Shown piece by piece: positions 33,889 to 46,373 of a stretch of DNA of 64,000 nt. How positions within the stretch are numbered: the first letter of the stretch is position 1; each line of letters opens with the position of its first letter. The stretch is from Gammaproteobacteria bacterium (GTDB lineage Bacteria; Pseudomonadota; Gammaproteobacteria; Eutrophobiales; Eutrophobiaceae): assembly GCA_965222155.1 (NCBI GenBank), contig CBDCTH010000012.1:672001-736000 (forward strand), written 5' to 3'. The notes below the pieces were generated by a model that did not search any database, was not told the DNA's origin, and saw only the letters and a list, made by a program, of their open reading frames with translations. The position numbers and the translations under genes were made by a program.

Positions 33889-34058
33889 ATCGCTGCGAAT
33901 GACGATCGCTGCGAATGACGATCGCTGCGAATGACGATCGCTGCGAATGACGATCGCTGCGAATGACGATCGCTGCGAATGACGCTGCCGTTGCGAATGG
34001 CGACCGTTGCGAATGGCGACCGTTGCGAATGGCGACCGTTGCGAATGGCGATCGCAGC
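33881..34058. repeat. 16-bp tandem repeat array (~11 units)
   Basis: 6x GAATGACGATCGCTGC, one 18-bp hybrid unit, 3x GAATGGCGACCGTTGC, 1 variant. Confidence 0.92.
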
Positions 34059-34079
34059 GTATAACGGCTGGCGCTCGTT

Positions 34080-35339
34080 CTACCTCTTTTTCATGGCGTC
34101 GAAGAACTGGGCATTGTTCTTGGTCGCTTTCAGCCGCTCCAGCAGAAATTCCATGGCGGTAATAGGTTCCATGGGATGCAATAGTTTCCTGAGTATCCAC
34201 ATTTTCTGCAGTTCCTCTTTTTCCGTCAGCAACTCTTCGCGCCGGGTACCGGAACGGTTGATGAAGATGGCCGGATAGATGCGTTTTTCCGAGATCTCCC
34301 GGTCCAGGTGCAATTCCATATTACCGGTGCCCTTGAATTCTTCATAGATGACTTCGTCCATGCGCGAACCGGTATCGACCAGGGCAGTGGCCAGGATGGT
34401 GAGGCTGCCGCCCTCCTCGATATTCCGTGCGGCGCCAAAAAAACGTTTCGGTCTTTGCAGTGCATTGGCGTCAACGCCACCGGTCAATACCTTGCCTGAT
34501 GCCGGCACAACCGTATTGTAGGCCCGGGCAAGACGGGTGATTGAATCAAGCAGGACGACTACATCCCGCTTATGCTCCGTCAGGCGTTTTGCCCTTTCTA
34601 TTACCATTTCAGCTACCTGTACGTGGCGCGAGGCGGGTTCATCAAAGGTGCTGGAGATCACCTCTCCCCGCACCGAGCGTTCCATTTCCGTGACTTCCTC
34701 CGGTCGCTCATCAATGAGCAGGACGATCAAATGGCATTCCGGGTGGTTGTGCTTGATTGACTGGGCAATGGATTGCAGGATCATCGTTTTGCCGGCCTTG
34801 GGCGGCGATACGATAAGACCGCGCTGGCCCCTGCCGATAGGCGCTACCAGGTCAATGATTCTCGGGGTCAGATCCTCGGTGCTGCCATTGCCTACTTCCA
34901 GCTTCAAACGTTCCTCCGCAAATAACGGCGTCAGGTTTTCAAAGATGATCTTGTTCCTGGCCTTTTCGGGCGCTTCGAAGTTGATCTCATTGACCTTGAG
35001 CAGCGCGAAGTAACGCTCGCCTTCCTTGGGCGGCCTGATCTTGCCGGAGATATTATCACCGGTTCGCAGGTTGAAACGCCTTATCTGGCTGGGAGAGACA
35101 TAGATGTCATCGGGACCGGCCAGGTAGGAACTGTCTGCGGAACGTAAAAATCCAAAGCCATCCTGGAGAATTTCCAGGACGCCGCTGCCGTAAATATCTT
35201 CGCCCTTTCTGGCATGCGCCTTCAGGATTTCAAAAATGACGTCTTGTTTTCTTGAGCGGGCCAAACCATCGAGGCCGAGGGATTCAGATATGAGAACTAA
35301 TTCTGATGCGGGTTGTTGCTTCAATTCTGTGAGATTCAT
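34080..35339 (-). CDS. rho: Transcription termination factor Rho
   Basis: [33 protein letters not shown]. Confidence 0.98.
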   Translation of the reverse strand: MNLTELKQQPASELVLISESLGLDGLARSRKQDVIFEILKAHARKGEDIYGSGVLEILQDGFGFLRSADSSYLAGPDDIYVSPSQIRRFNLRTGDNISGKIRPPKEGERYFALLKVNEINFEAPEKARNKIIFENLTPLFAEERLKLEVGNGSTEDLTPRIIDLVAPIGRGQRGLIVSPPKAGKTMILQSIAQSIKHNHPECHLIVLLIDERPEEVTEMERSVRGEVISSTFDEPASRHVQVAEMVIERAKRLTEHKRDVVVLLDSITRLARAYNTVVPASGKVLTGGVDANALQRPKRFFGAARNIEEGGSLTILATALVDTGSRMDEVIYEEFKGTGNMELHLDREISEKRIYPAIFINRSGTRREELLTEKEELQKMWILRKLLHPMEPITAMEFLLERLKATKNNAQFFDAMKKR

Positions 35340-35521
35340 TTGCTACGTACAAATATGATTTTATTGACTGGCTCTATAACGACAGCCATGTGGTTGAAAT
35401 GCGCTTAAAACCCGGGTCTAAGTTAGAGGGAGTTATTACGACAGGTTAAGTGAAAATTAGCACGTCAAGTCGGAAACGTCCAGTTTTTTTATAACTTTTT
35501 TTAGTAAGTTTGTCAATAAGG

Positions 35522-35848
35522 TTAAATAGTGCTGTCAATGAAGGCAGACAACTGTAATTTCGATACCGCCCCCACTTTCGTTCCAATGACTTCGCCATCC
35601 TTGAATATCATCAACGTGGGGATGCCGCGTACCGCGTATTTCTGCGGGGTCTGGGGATTTTCGTCAATATTGATTTTTGCGACCTTCAGGTTGTCGGTAT
35701 ATTCGTCGGCAATTTCATCCAGGATTGGCGCTATCATCTTGCAGGGACCACACCACTCCGCCCAGTAGTCTACCATTACCGGCGCCCCCGATTTTAATAC
35801 ATCTTCTTCAAAACTGGAATCAGTTACGTGGATAATGCTGTCGTTCAT
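35522..35848 (-). CDS. trxA: Thioredoxin
   Basis: WCGPCK; upstream of rho. Confidence 0.97.
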   Translation of the reverse strand: MNDSIIHVTDSSFEEDVLKSGAPVMVDYWAEWCGPCKMIAPILDEIADEYTDNLKVAKINIDENPQTPQKYAVRGIPTLMIFKDGEVIGTKVGAVSKLQLSAFIDSTI

Positions 35849-36302
35849 ATTGTGTGCCACCTATGGTTATATCTGTAGTTTGTATGAGAGGAAGTGCCAT
35901 TTCATCCGAAATATTGATCAATTTCAAGTTCTCTTTGAAAAATCCCTATATTGCTGTGTAACTCATTAGGGAGATAGGCGATGCCAGCGCGCAGACCCCG
36001 CACCCCGTCCGAAAGAGGGCGGGTTGACCATGATAACACGGTGTTGTGGCGAAACTCTCTGTGCCATGATAGCTGCCCCGCGATTATGGCTTCATGTCGG
36101 ATCAGGTTTGCGCCACGGCACCTGTGATAGCAGCATATTGCCACAGCTCTGCGTGTGAACCAACCAACGCCGGCATGACGACGGCCGGGATTCGAAGGTA
36201 TGCATTTGCCCTGTAACCCCAAATCTCCTGATTGACATTCAAACTTATAATCTGGATGATTCACGAACCTGATCCCAGACCCCAATCATCCGGAGACGCA
36301 TC

Positions 36303-36452
36303 ATGTTTTGCCGTTGTACTATTAGTATACACCGCTGGTTACTGATCCTTACGTCGGCGCTCATCCTGACTGGCTGCGGCCAGAAGGGCGACCTTTACCT
36401 GCCCGATGACACCTCTGCAGAAGTTGTCTTGCAGACATCTGTGCATGGATAA
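36303..36452 (+). CDS. Small lipoprotein, YifL/LptM-like (not in ORF track)
   Basis: 49 aa: MFCRCTISIHRWLLILTSALILTGCGQKGDLYLP...; lipobox plus CGQKGxLYLP motif; overlaps lysA start. Confidence 0.85.
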   Translation: MFCRCTISIHRWLLILTSALILTGCGQKGDLYLPDDTSAEVVLQTSVHG

Positions 36453-37749
36453 TTTTTCATACAGAAACGGCGCCTTGTATGCCGAAGGTGTCGCTTTGAC
36501 TGCCCTTGCCGAACGCCATGGCACGCCGGCGTTCGTGTATTCGCGAGCGGCAATTGAGTCCCGCTGGCGCGCCTACGCAGACGCGTTCAGCGGGAGAGAT
36601 GCACTGATCTGTTACTCCGTCAAGGCAAACGGCAACCTGGCTATCCTGAACCTCCTGGCCGGACTGGGGTCGGGTTTTGACATTGTATCCGCTGGAGAAC
36701 TGGAGCGGGTGATAGCCGCAGGGGGCGAACCGGATAAGGTGGTGTTTTCCGGTGTCGGGAAACGCGCAGACGAAATCCGGCGCGCCCTGGAAGTCGGCGT
36801 CCGCTGTTTTAACGTTGAGACTGAGGCGGAATTACTGCGCCTGGATGAGATTGCCGGGCAGATGTCCGTTACGGCCCCCGTATCCATCCGGGTGAACCCG
36901 GATACCGATGCGCAGACACATCCGTTTATTGCCACGGGCCTGCGAGAAAACAAGTTCGGCATAGACTATGACCGGGCCCTGGCCGCCTATCAGCAGGCTG
37001 ACACCCTGGACAACCTCACACCGATCGGGATTGACTGTCATATCGGTTCACAGATCACCTCTGTCGAACCGTACGTCGATATGCTGGAAAAACTGCTCTC
37101 CCTGGTAGCGAGACTGGAACGGTCCGGTATCCCCATCAGGCATATCGACATCGGTGGAGGACTGGGCATCAATTACCGGTGCGGGAGTAGCGTTCAGCGA
37201 ACCGGCAGCGAACCTCAGACAAGCAGTCGCGACGGGAACGGAGACATACCCGGTATAACAGCTTTTGCAAAGGTCGTCAGGGACCTGATTCCTGAACCTT
37301 ACGGCATCATGCTGGAACCGGGTCGTTCCATAGTCGGCAATGCCTGCGTGTTGCTCACCCGGGTTGAGTACCTGAAGACAAACAACACAAAGCGCTTCGC
37401 AGTCGTGGACGCGAGCATGAACGATTTGTTGCGTCCATCCTTATACCAGGCCTGGCACGACATCATCCCTGTTACTGAACGCGAGCAGGTAATTGAACAT
37501 GAATACGATGTCGTCGGACCGGTGTGCGAGAGCGCTGATTTCCTGGGGTTGCAGCGCAGTCTCTCCCTGTTGCCGAACGACCTGCTGGCCGTCCTGTCCG
37601 CCGGGGCCTACGGGTTTTGTATGAGTTCCAATTACAACAGCAGGCCCAGGGCGGTAGAACTCCTGGTAGACGGGGAGCAGGAACACGTCATCCGGGAACG
37701 GGAGTCGCTGGAGCAACTGATGGCAGGAGAGAAGATTTTACCGGTTTGA
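36445..37749 (+). CDS. lysA: Diaminopimelate decarboxylase
   Basis: YSVKAN, HIGSQI, GGGLG, EPGRSI, GPVCES, MSSNYNSRP. Confidence 0.96.
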   Translation: MDNFSYRNGALYAEGVALTALAERHGTPAFVYSRAAIESRWRAYADAFSGRDALICYSVKANGNLAILNLLAGLGSGFDIVSAGELERVIAAGGEPDKVVFSGVGKRADEIRRALEVGVRCFNVETEAELLRLDEIAGQMSVTAPVSIRVNPDTDAQTHPFIATGLRENKFGIDYDRALAAYQQADTLDNLTPIGIDCHIGSQITSVEPYVDMLEKLLSLVARLERSGIPIRHIDIGGGLGINYRCGSSVQRTGSEPQTSSRDGNGDIPGITAFAKVVRDLIPEPYGIMLEPGRSIVGNACVLLTRVEYLKTNNTKRFAVVDASMNDLLRPSLYQAWHDIIPVTEREQVIEHEYDVVGPVCESADFLGLQRSLSLLPNDLLAVLSAGAYGFCMSSNYNSRPRAVELLVDGEQEHVIRERESLEQLMAGEKILPV

Positions 37750-37816
37750 ACGGCGTATCCTGCATCAGCCCCGGTGCTGTTGCACAGTCACCGTTGACAG
37801 ATATTACGCTGAAAAA

Positions 37817-37952
37817 TGCGCGAAAATGGTGCATAATCCAGGGGCTTTGAGCTATTTTGGCGCGCCATACTGGTAAATATATGAGTGGTGGACAGGTAAA
37901 GTGCTGAACGACACCGTTATTTTTCGATTTCCCGGAGTGGCATAAATTGTGC
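37817..37952 (+). promoter_or_regulatory. NtrC site and sigma-54 promoter of glnA
   Basis: TGCGCGAAAATGGTGCA (37817-37833); TGG-N10-GC at 37938-37952. Confidence 0.7.
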
Positions 37953-38049
37953 GATGTGGTATTGTTCGCTAGCGGTTGCCACTGTGAGCAGTCAGGGGAA
38001 ACCGGTAACACCATTAAATCAAATGTAAAAATGTGCGAGGAGATAAGCA

Positions 38050-39459
38050 ATGTCCAAAGAGAAGGTATATGGATTAATCGAAGAGCATGAGGTGCGTTTT
38101 GTTGACTTGCGGTTCTGTGATACGCGAGGCAAGGAACAGCATGTAACTGTGCCGGTTAATACCATCACAGACGAGTTTTTCGAAAATGGCAAGATGTTTG
38201 ACGGTTCGTCCATTGCCGGCTGGAAGGGGATTAACGAGTCAGATATGCTGTTGATGCCGGACACGGAAACAGCAGTGATCGATCCGTTTTATGATGAATC
38301 GACCCTGGACCTGCGTTGTGACGTACTGGAACCGACTACCATGCAAGGTTACGAACGCTGTCCGCGTTCCCTGGCAAAACGCGCGGAGGCCTACCTGCAA
38401 TCGACCGGCATAGCTGACTCTGCCTATTTCGGTCCGGAACCTGAATTTTTCATTTTTGATGAAGCTCGTTGGAGTGACAACCTGAACAGCGCTTTTTACG
38501 AGATTGATTCCGAAGAAGGCCACTGGAACAGTGACAAACTGATGGATAGCCCGAACCAGGGCCATCGCCCCGGCGTTAAAGGCGGCTATTTTCCGGTGCC
38601 GCCTGTGGATTCACTGCAAAACGTTCGCAGTTCCATCTGTATGGCATTAGAGGATATGGGGCAGACGGTCGAGGTGCATCACCATGAAGTCGCGACGGCC
38701 GGCCAGGCGGAAATCGGTACGGAATTCAAAACACTGGTAATCAAGGCGGATGAACTGCTCACCCTGAAATACTGCGCGATGAACGTCGCCCAGGGTTACG
38801 GCAAGACGGTGACCTTTATGCCGAAACCCCTGGTTGGCGATAACGGCAACGGTATGCACGTTCATCAGTCCCTGGGTAAAGACGGTCAAAACCTGTTTAC
38901 AGGTGATAAGTACGGTGGTCTTTCCGATCTGGCACTGCACTATATCGCAGGTATATTCAAGCATGCGCGGGCTCTCAATGCCTTCACGAATTCCGGCACC
39001 AACAGCTACAAGCGCCTGGTGCCCGGTTTTGAAGCCCCGGTATTGCTCGCCTATTCCGCGCGCAACCGTTCAGCGGCGGCCCGCATCCCCTGGGTTGCCA
39101 ACCCCCAGGCAAGACGCGTTGAAATCAGGTTTCCGGATTCCTGCGGCAATCCGTACTTCATGTTCGCGGCAATGATGATGGCGGGACTGGACGGGATTCA
39201 GAACAGGCTGGAGCCGGGCGAACCCCTGGAAAAAGACCTGTACGACCTGACGATCGAGGAAGAGTCGGAAATCCCCACCGTATGTTCATCGCTTGAACAG
39301 GCGTTGGAGGCGCTGGACCAGGATCGGGATTTCCTGACGGCCGGTGGTGTTTTTTCAGACGATATGATCGATGGTTATATTGAGTTGAAAATGGATGAGG
39401 TGAACCGTTTCCGCATGACCACACATCCGGTGGAACTTGATATGTACTACAGTCTGTAA
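38050..39459 (+). CDS. glnA: Glutamine synthetase type I
   Basis: [31 protein letters not shown]. Confidence 0.98.
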   Translation: MSKEKVYGLIEEHEVRFVDLRFCDTRGKEQHVTVPVNTITDEFFENGKMFDGSSIAGWKGINESDMLLMPDTETAVIDPFYDESTLDLRCDVLEPTTMQGYERCPRSLAKRAEAYLQSTGIADSAYFGPEPEFFIFDEARWSDNLNSAFYEIDSEEGHWNSDKLMDSPNQGHRPGVKGGYFPVPPVDSLQNVRSSICMALEDMGQTVEVHHHEVATAGQAEIGTEFKTLVIKADELLTLKYCAMNVAQGYGKTVTFMPKPLVGDNGNGMHVHQSLGKDGQNLFTGDKYGGLSDLALHYIAGIFKHARALNAFTNSGTNSYKRLVPGFEAPVLLAYSARNRSAAARIPWVANPQARRVEIRFPDSCGNPYFMFAAMMMAGLDGIQNRLEPGEPLEKDLYDLTIEEESEIPTVCSSLEQALEALDQDRDFLTAGGVFSDDMIDGYIELKMDEVNRFRMTTHPVELDMYYSL

Positions 39460-39475
39460 CATTCTGCCTGCTTTG

Positions 39476-39501
39476 GGGGGACAGATTTAAATCTGTCCCC
39501 C
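39476..39501. repeat. Family C palindrome GGGGGACAGATTTAAATCTGTCCCCC
   Basis: Identical copy at 55177-55202; variants near 42925 and 43094. Confidence 0.85.
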
Positions 39502-39517
39502 CTTTTCCGCAGAAGAT

Positions 39518-39659
39518 TTATCCGCAGATTACGCAGATTACGCAGATTATGATATATGATTCAAGAGAATTTGGGGCTTGATTCAAAAGTATGCGGTTGT
39601 CCTGATCCGGTGATTTAGCACTCTTTTAAATCTGCGTAATCTGCGTAATCTGCGGATAA
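39518..39659. repeat. Family D doublet: TTATCCGCAGATTACGCAGATTACGCAGATT arms
   Basis: Perfect 31-bp inverted arms built of 9-bp units, 80-bp spacer. Confidence 0.85.
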
Positions 39660-39668
39660 CTTACATAC

Positions 39669-40709
39669 ATGAATACGGACAGGCTGCAGGATAATCTTTA
39701 CACGGCCGTGCTGGTATTCGATGACGATCTTCGGCTTACGGATATCAATAATGCAGGGGAGACGTTATTTTTTATCAGCCGTGGCAAGATGTATGGTCAT
39801 AGCGCACATGAAATGCTGGCTGCCTCGCACAAGCTGCTGGAAAATATCGAGCGTACCCGGGCGACTAAACAACCCCGCATGGAATGGGGTATCGATTTGG
39901 ATCTTCCCGATGCAAAGTCTGTGTGTGTGGATTGTATCGTTACACCGGTAATTGAAGGCGAGGCATGTAAGGAAGTGGTGCTTGAGTTGATCAATGCCGA
40001 TTCCCGTGTGCGGGCCCTGCGAGAAAGTAATTTATCTTACTTGCACGACGCGGCGCGCAAGTCGTTAAGCGGTATAGCCCATGAAATCAAAAACCCCCTG
40101 GGGGGATTACGCGGCGCCGCGCAACTCCTGGAACGGGAGTTGAATGGTTCCAGCCTGGTGGAATATACCCAGATCATCATTAACGAAGCGGACCGATTAC
40201 GCAACCTGGTGGACCGGATGCTGGCCCCGGTGACAAGAAACCGGACCAGCCGCGTCAATATTCACAAGGTACTCGAGCATACCTGCGGCATTGTGGAGGC
40301 GGAGTCGGAATTTAATTTAAAAATCCAGCGCGACTATGATCCCAGCCTGCCGTCGTTGCGAGTTGATCGGGAGCAATTGATCCAGGCGCTGTTGAATATC
40401 TGCAGGAATGCGTTACAGGCGGTAGATGAAACCGGGAAAATTCTGATCCGTACCCGGATAAAACGCCGTTGTACAATCCGCCAAAGACATTACAAGCTGA
40501 CCGTCCAGATTGACGTTATCGATAATGGGCCCGGTGTTCCCGCAGAAATTGAGGATCATATATTTTATCCCATGGTCACAGGCCGGGTTGGCGGCTCCGG
40601 CCTGGGATTGTCCATTTCCCAGTCATTGATCCAATCCCAGAACGGCATGATTCAATACGAAAGAATCAATGACAGGACACATTTCAGGATTCTCCTGCCG
40701 GTGGAATGA
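39669..40709 (+). CDS. glnL: Nitrogen regulation sensor kinase NtrB
   Basis: IAHEIKNPLGGLRGAAQLL, DNGPG, GSGLGL. Confidence 0.93.
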   Translation: MNTDRLQDNLYTAVLVFDDDLRLTDINNAGETLFFISRGKMYGHSAHEMLAASHKLLENIERTRATKQPRMEWGIDLDLPDAKSVCVDCIVTPVIEGEACKEVVLELINADSRVRALRESNLSYLHDAARKSLSGIAHEIKNPLGGLRGAAQLLERELNGSSLVEYTQIIINEADRLRNLVDRMLAPVTRNRTSRVNIHKVLEHTCGIVEAESEFNLKIQRDYDPSLPSLRVDREQLIQALLNICRNALQAVDETGKILIRTRIKRRCTIRQRHYKLTVQIDVIDNGPGVPAEIEDHIFYPMVTGRVGGSGLGLSISQSLIQSQNGMIQYERINDRTHFRILLPVE

Positions 40710-40710
40710 A

Positions 40711-42111
40711 GTGACGGCCAACAATAAGGTCTGGATTGTTGATGACGATAAATCCATAAGGTGGGTGCTGGAACGCGCCTTGATCAAGGAACAACTGGAA
40801 CCGATAACCTTCGACAATGCACAGGATTTGCTGCAACGGCTCGGCACGGATAAACCGGACGTAATAATCTCGGACATTCATATGCCCGGCCTGGACGGCC
40901 TGGCTTTGCTGGAGGAGATAAAACAGAAGAACCCCGATGTGCCGGTTATTATCATGACCGCTTTCCCGGACCTGGACCGGGCGGTTTCATCGTTTCAGGG
41001 AGGGGCTTATGAGTACCTGCCCAAGCCGTTTGATATAGATGAACTGCTCAGCCTGGTGAAGCGCGCAGTACAGCGACATCCGGAGGGGCAGGTGGAAACA
41101 CCTGGAAAAGACAGCGCGACCACTGAAATCATCGGCTCTGCTACAGCCATGCAGGAAGTGTTTCGAGCAATCGGCAGGCTGTCGAGTTCCCACCTCACCG
41201 TCCTGGTCACCGGCGAGTCCGGCAGCGGAAAAGAACTGGTGGCGCAGGCATTGCATCGCCACAGCCCCCGGTCACAACGGCGGTTTATTGCCATCAACAT
41301 GGCGGCTATCCCCCGTGATTTGCTGGAATCCGAATTATTCGGTCATGAAAAAGGCGCGTTCACGGGCGCTACGTCACAGCGTCTTGGCCGTTTCGAACAG
41401 GCAAGCGGTGGCACCTTATTTCTCGATGAAATCGGTGATATGCCTGCAGACCTGCAAACGCGCCTGTTACGCGTACTGTCTACCGGCACCTTTTACAGGG
41501 TGGGCGGCCATTTACCCATTGACGCGGAAGTAAGGGTGATTGCTGCAACCAACCAGGACCTGGAGGAACGGGTAAAACGAAAAGCGTTTCGCGAAGACCT
41601 GTTTCATCGTTTAAACGTGATCCGGGTGCACGTTCCGTCACTGCGTGACAGGCGAGAGGATATTCCGTTATTAACGGAACATTTTCTACACTGCTCATCC
41701 ATCGAATTAAATATTGAAGCGAAACTGATGTTGCCGGCGACCCAGGAATTCCTGGACGGGCTGGATTGGCCGGGCAACGTAAGGCAACTGGAAAACCTGT
41801 GCCGCTGGATAACAGTCATGGCCCCGGGCAAGGAGATTCACCTGGATGACCTGCCGCCTGAACTGCGGGATACGGAACCGGCGGGGGAAAAAATTGAAAA
41901 CTGGGACAGCACGTTGCGTCGTTGGGTCAAATCAACCCTGCTCAAAGGTGAGACCGGATTATTGAGCAACCTCCTCCCGGAGTTTGAACGCATCCTGATT
42001 GAAGAAGCCTTGCAACAAACAGCAGGACGCCGCCACGAGGCCGCCAGGCTGCTGGGTTGGGGGCGTAATACCTTGACGAGGAAGATAAAATCACTGAATC
42101 TGAAAATTTAA
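40711..42111 (+). CDS. glnG: Nitrogen regulation response regulator NtrC
   Basis: Receiver [25 protein letters not shown]; GTG start. Confidence 0.96.
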   Translation: MTANNKVWIVDDDKSIRWVLERALIKEQLEPITFDNAQDLLQRLGTDKPDVIISDIHMPGLDGLALLEEIKQKNPDVPVIIMTAFPDLDRAVSSFQGGAYEYLPKPFDIDELLSLVKRAVQRHPEGQVETPGKDSATTEIIGSATAMQEVFRAIGRLSSSHLTVLVTGESGSGKELVAQALHRHSPRSQRRFIAINMAAIPRDLLESELFGHEKGAFTGATSQRLGRFEQASGGTLFLDEIGDMPADLQTRLLRVLSTGTFYRVGGHLPIDAEVRVIAATNQDLEERVKRKAFREDLFHRLNVIRVHVPSLRDRREDIPLLTEHFLHCSSIELNIEAKLMLPATQEFLDGLDWPGNVRQLENLCRWITVMAPGKEIHLDDLPPELRDTEPAGEKIENWDSTLRRWVKSTLLKGETGLLSNLLPEFERILIEEALQQTAGRRHEAARLLGWGRNTLTRKIKSLNLKI

Positions 42112-42195
42112 GCTCAATTTTTACGGTTTTCAGGCACACTAATATTGTCATTCTTAATTTACAATATTTCCCGCATAATTTATGGAGACTTATAA

Positions 42196-42909
42196 ATGTT
42201 ACAAGAACGATTGATTGAGTATGAGCATGCCGGAGTCACTCTGGAAGGATTCCTGGCTTGTGACGATACGGAAGACGGGCCAAGACCTGCCGTCATGGTG
42301 GTGCATGCCTGGGCCGGGCGTAGTCAGTTTGAATGCGACAAAGCTCGCGCGCTGGCTGAACTGGGCTACGCCGGTTTCGCGGCTGACATGTTCGGAAAGG
42401 GCGTTCTGGGAAGCAGCAAGGAAGAGAATGCCGGTCTCATACAGCCGTTCCTGGAAGACCGGGCCTTTCTGCAATCCCGTTTGACCACGGCCCTGGAAAC
42501 CCTGAAGGCCTTGCCGGAAGTGGATGAAAACCGGATTGCCGCAATCGGTTTCTGCTTCGGCGGTCTGTGTGTCCTGGACCTGGCCCGTATCGGTACGGAT
42601 ATCAAGGGCGTGGCCAGTTTTCACGGCTTGTTCGGCGCGCCGGGTAATACGGCCGGTACCAGGATCAATGCAAAGGTGCTGGCGTTGCACGGTCATGAAG
42701 ATCCCATGGCGCCCGTTGCTTCCGTGGTTGCGCTTGAGAAAGAGTTGACGGAAGCTGGGGCTGACTGGCAGATACATGCCTACGGCAATACCATGCATTC
42801 CTTTACCAATCCGGCGGCTAATGACCCGGGTTTCGGCACGGTTTACAGTGAGAATGCAGACCGGCGTTCCTGGCAGACCCTGCAGAACTTTCTGGACGAA
42901 CTGTTTTAA
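42196..42909 (+). CDS. Dienelactone hydrolase family protein
   Basis: GFCFGG, FHG, HSFTNP. Confidence 0.9.
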   Translation: MLQERLIEYEHAGVTLEGFLACDDTEDGPRPAVMVVHAWAGRSQFECDKARALAELGYAGFAADMFGKGVLGSSKEENAGLIQPFLEDRAFLQSRLTTALETLKALPEVDENRIAAIGFCFGGLCVLDLARIGTDIKGVASFHGLFGAPGNTAGTRINAKVLALHGHEDPMAPVASVVALEKELTEAGADWQIHAYGNTMHSFTNPAANDPGFGTVYSENADRRSWQTLQNFLDELF

Positions 42910-42955
42910 GGAAACGAGAGAAAAAGGGGACAGAATCTGAGTTATCCCCACGGTC

Positions 42956-43049
42956 CGTCATTCCGGCGAATGCCGGAATCCAGTAGACAACTTATTCATT
43001 ATTGTAAGGAAATATTGCTTACTGGATTCCGGCATTCGCCGGAATGACG
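42956..43049. repeat. Family B doublet, copy 2
   Basis: Perfect 29-bp inverted arms, 36-bp spacer. Confidence 0.9.
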
Positions 43050-43122
43050 CGACGTCGATATTGTCGCGACGTCGATTTCGTGGGGATCCTTCAGGGACAG
43101 ATTTGAAATCTGTCTCCTTGTC

Positions 43123-44242
<1,120 letters not shown>

Positions 44243-44311
44243 CCTCCATTGAAGAAGAAGTCAGAAACGAATAGACTTCATCCTGTTGAAGACACAGGTT
44301 GTAATTACGAG

Positions 44312-45190
44312 ATGAATTCACCAAATAAATTCCGGCAGGCAGTTGAAGAAAACAAACCGTTACAGGTAGTCGGCGCTATTACAGCCCTGTCCGCGCGCAT
44401 GGCGGAACAGGCGGGGCACAAGGCGATTTATCTGTCCGGTGGCGGCCTGGCGGCAAATTCCCTGGGGATGCCCGACCTGGGCATCAGCGCCCTGGAAGAC
44501 CTGCTGACGGATATACGGCGCATCACCGACGTCTGTGAACTGCCGTTACTGGTGGACGCGGATACGGGTTTTGGCGGCGCTTTCAATATAGCCAGGACAA
44601 CCCGAAGCCTGGGCAAAGCCGGCGCCGCGGCCATGCATATCGAAGATCAGGTGGCAGAGAAACGTTGCGGGCACAGACCCAACAAAGCCATTGTATCGCA
44701 GGGGGAAATGGTGGATCGCATCAAAGCCGCGGTGGACGCCCGTAGCGACGAGAGTTTTGTCATCATGGCCAGGACCGATGCCCTGGCAGTCGAGGGCATG
44801 CAATCCGTCATTGACCGAATCAACGCCTGTATTGAAGCCGGCGCCGATATGATCTTCCCCGAGGCGGTGTCAACACTCGACCAATATAAGATGTTGCGTG
44901 CAAACATACCCGTTCCTTTCCTGGCGAATATTACGGAATTCGGCAATACCCCGCTGTTTTCCACACCGGAATTGGGCGCGGCAGGCGTCGATATCGTGCT
45001 GTACTGTTGCGGTGCCTACCGGGCGATGAACAAGGCTGCCATGACATTTTACCAGGCCATTCTCGAAGACGGCCATCAACGCAATGTTATTGACATGATG
45101 CAGACTCGGGAAGACATGTATGACATTTTGGGCTACCACGATTACGAACGAAAACTGGATGCTTTGTTTACCCGGGAACTGGTGGAATGA
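44312..45190 (+). CDS. prpB: Methylisocitrate lyase
   Basis: [27 protein letters not shown]. Confidence 0.95.
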   Translation: MNSPNKFRQAVEENKPLQVVGAITALSARMAEQAGHKAIYLSGGGLAANSLGMPDLGISALEDLLTDIRRITDVCELPLLVDADTGFGGAFNIARTTRSLGKAGAAAMHIEDQVAEKRCGHRPNKAIVSQGEMVDRIKAAVDARSDESFVIMARTDALAVEGMQSVIDRINACIEAGADMIFPEAVSTLDQYKMLRANIPVPFLANITEFGNTPLFSTPELGAAGVDIVLYCCGAYRAMNKAAMTFYQAILEDGHQRNVIDMMQTREDMYDILGYHDYERKLDALFTRELVE

Positions 45191-46335
45191 CTCAGGCAAA
45201 TACAGGTTTGAAACCAAAGAAATCAGTGGTCCTGTCCGGGGTGTCGGCGGGGAATACCGCCTTATGCACGGTAGGTCGCAGCGGCAATGACCTGTCTTAT
45301 CGCGGTTACGATATCCTGGATATTGCCGAGACCTGTGAATTTGAAGAGATCGCACACCTGTTGATACATGAGCGGTTGCCGACCCGGAAGGAACTGGACA
45401 GGTATAAAATAAAACTGGCCGGGTTGCGCAGACTGCCGGACCAGGTAAAGAAGGGGATGGAGTTGCTGCCTGCAACTACACCGCCTATGGATGTCCTCAG
45501 GACCGGTTGTTCACTCCTGGGCGCTGTGGCGCCGGAATCCCGCGAACATACGACAGCAGAAGCACGGGATATTGCGGACCGGCTGTTGGCCTCGTTTCCT
45601 TCCATGCTGACCTACTGGTACCACTTCAGCCATCACGGCCGGCGCATTGATGAGGATACCGGAGAGGACTCTATCGGCGGCCACTTCCTGCACATGCTGC
45701 ATGGCGAACCTCCCTCCCGGTTATGGGAGCGGGCCATGCACACCTCCCTGATACTGTATGCCGAACATGAGTTCAATGCCTCGACCTTCACCGGCCGGGT
45801 CATTGCCGGGACGGGGTCGGATATATATTCGGCCGTTACCGGCGCCATCGGCGCGCTGCGCGGCCCCAGGCACGGCGGCGCCAATGAGGTGGCCCTGGAA
45901 ATCCAGCAACGCTATGCAACGCCGGATGAGGCCGAGGCGGACATCCGGGAACGTATTGCCCGGAAAGAAATCGTGATCGGGTTTGGCCATCCCGTTTATA
46001 CCATCTCCGACCCACGCAATGAAGTGATCAAAAGCATCGCAAAAAGGCTCTCTGTTGAAAAAGCGGACATGAGCCTGTTCAATATTGCCGAAAGACTGGA
46101 AACCGTGATGTGGGATATCAAAAATATGTTCCCAAACCTGGACTGGTTCTCCGCGGTGTCCTATAACATGATGGACATACCCACTCCCATGTTCACGCCG
46201 ATTTTCGTGATGGCGCGGGTAACTGGCTGGACGGCACACATTATCGAACAACGCCAGGATGGAAAAATTATACGGCCCGGCGCCAACTACACCGGCCCGG
46301 ATAAGATGGAGTTTATCCCGATAGAAAGAAGGTAG
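45187..46335 (+). CDS. prpC: 2-methylcitrate synthase
   Basis: [29 protein letters not shown]. Confidence 0.95.
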   Translation: MTQANTGLKPKKSVVLSGVSAGNTALCTVGRSGNDLSYRGYDILDIAETCEFEEIAHLLIHERLPTRKELDRYKIKLAGLRRLPDQVKKGMELLPATTPPMDVLRTGCSLLGAVAPESREHTTAEARDIADRLLASFPSMLTYWYHFSHHGRRIDEDTGEDSIGGHFLHMLHGEPPSRLWERAMHTSLILYAEHEFNASTFTGRVIAGTGSDIYSAVTGAIGALRGPRHGGANEVALEIQQRYATPDEAEADIRERIARKEIVIGFGHPVYTISDPRNEVIKSIAKRLSVEKADMSLFNIAERLETVMWDIKNMFPNLDWFSAVSYNMMDIPTPMFTPIFVMARVTGWTAHIIEQRQDGKIIRPGANYTGPDKMEFIPIERR

Positions 46336-46373
46336 TGGTTCCGGCTCTACGAACCAGGAACTCTCATTGCCGG

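Noticed and set aside
33881-34058. Tandem array as a CRISPR array, or the 33853-34200 ORF as a protein
   Set aside because: No unique spacers; the ORF is a translation of the repeat plus an alternative frame of the rho 3' end
35861-36302. Lysine riboswitch upstream of lysA
   Set aside because: Could not find the conserved AGAGGNGC start with matching downstream motifs
39615-39623. TTAGCACTC CIRCE half-site before ntrB
   Set aside because: Second half absent at 9-bp spacing
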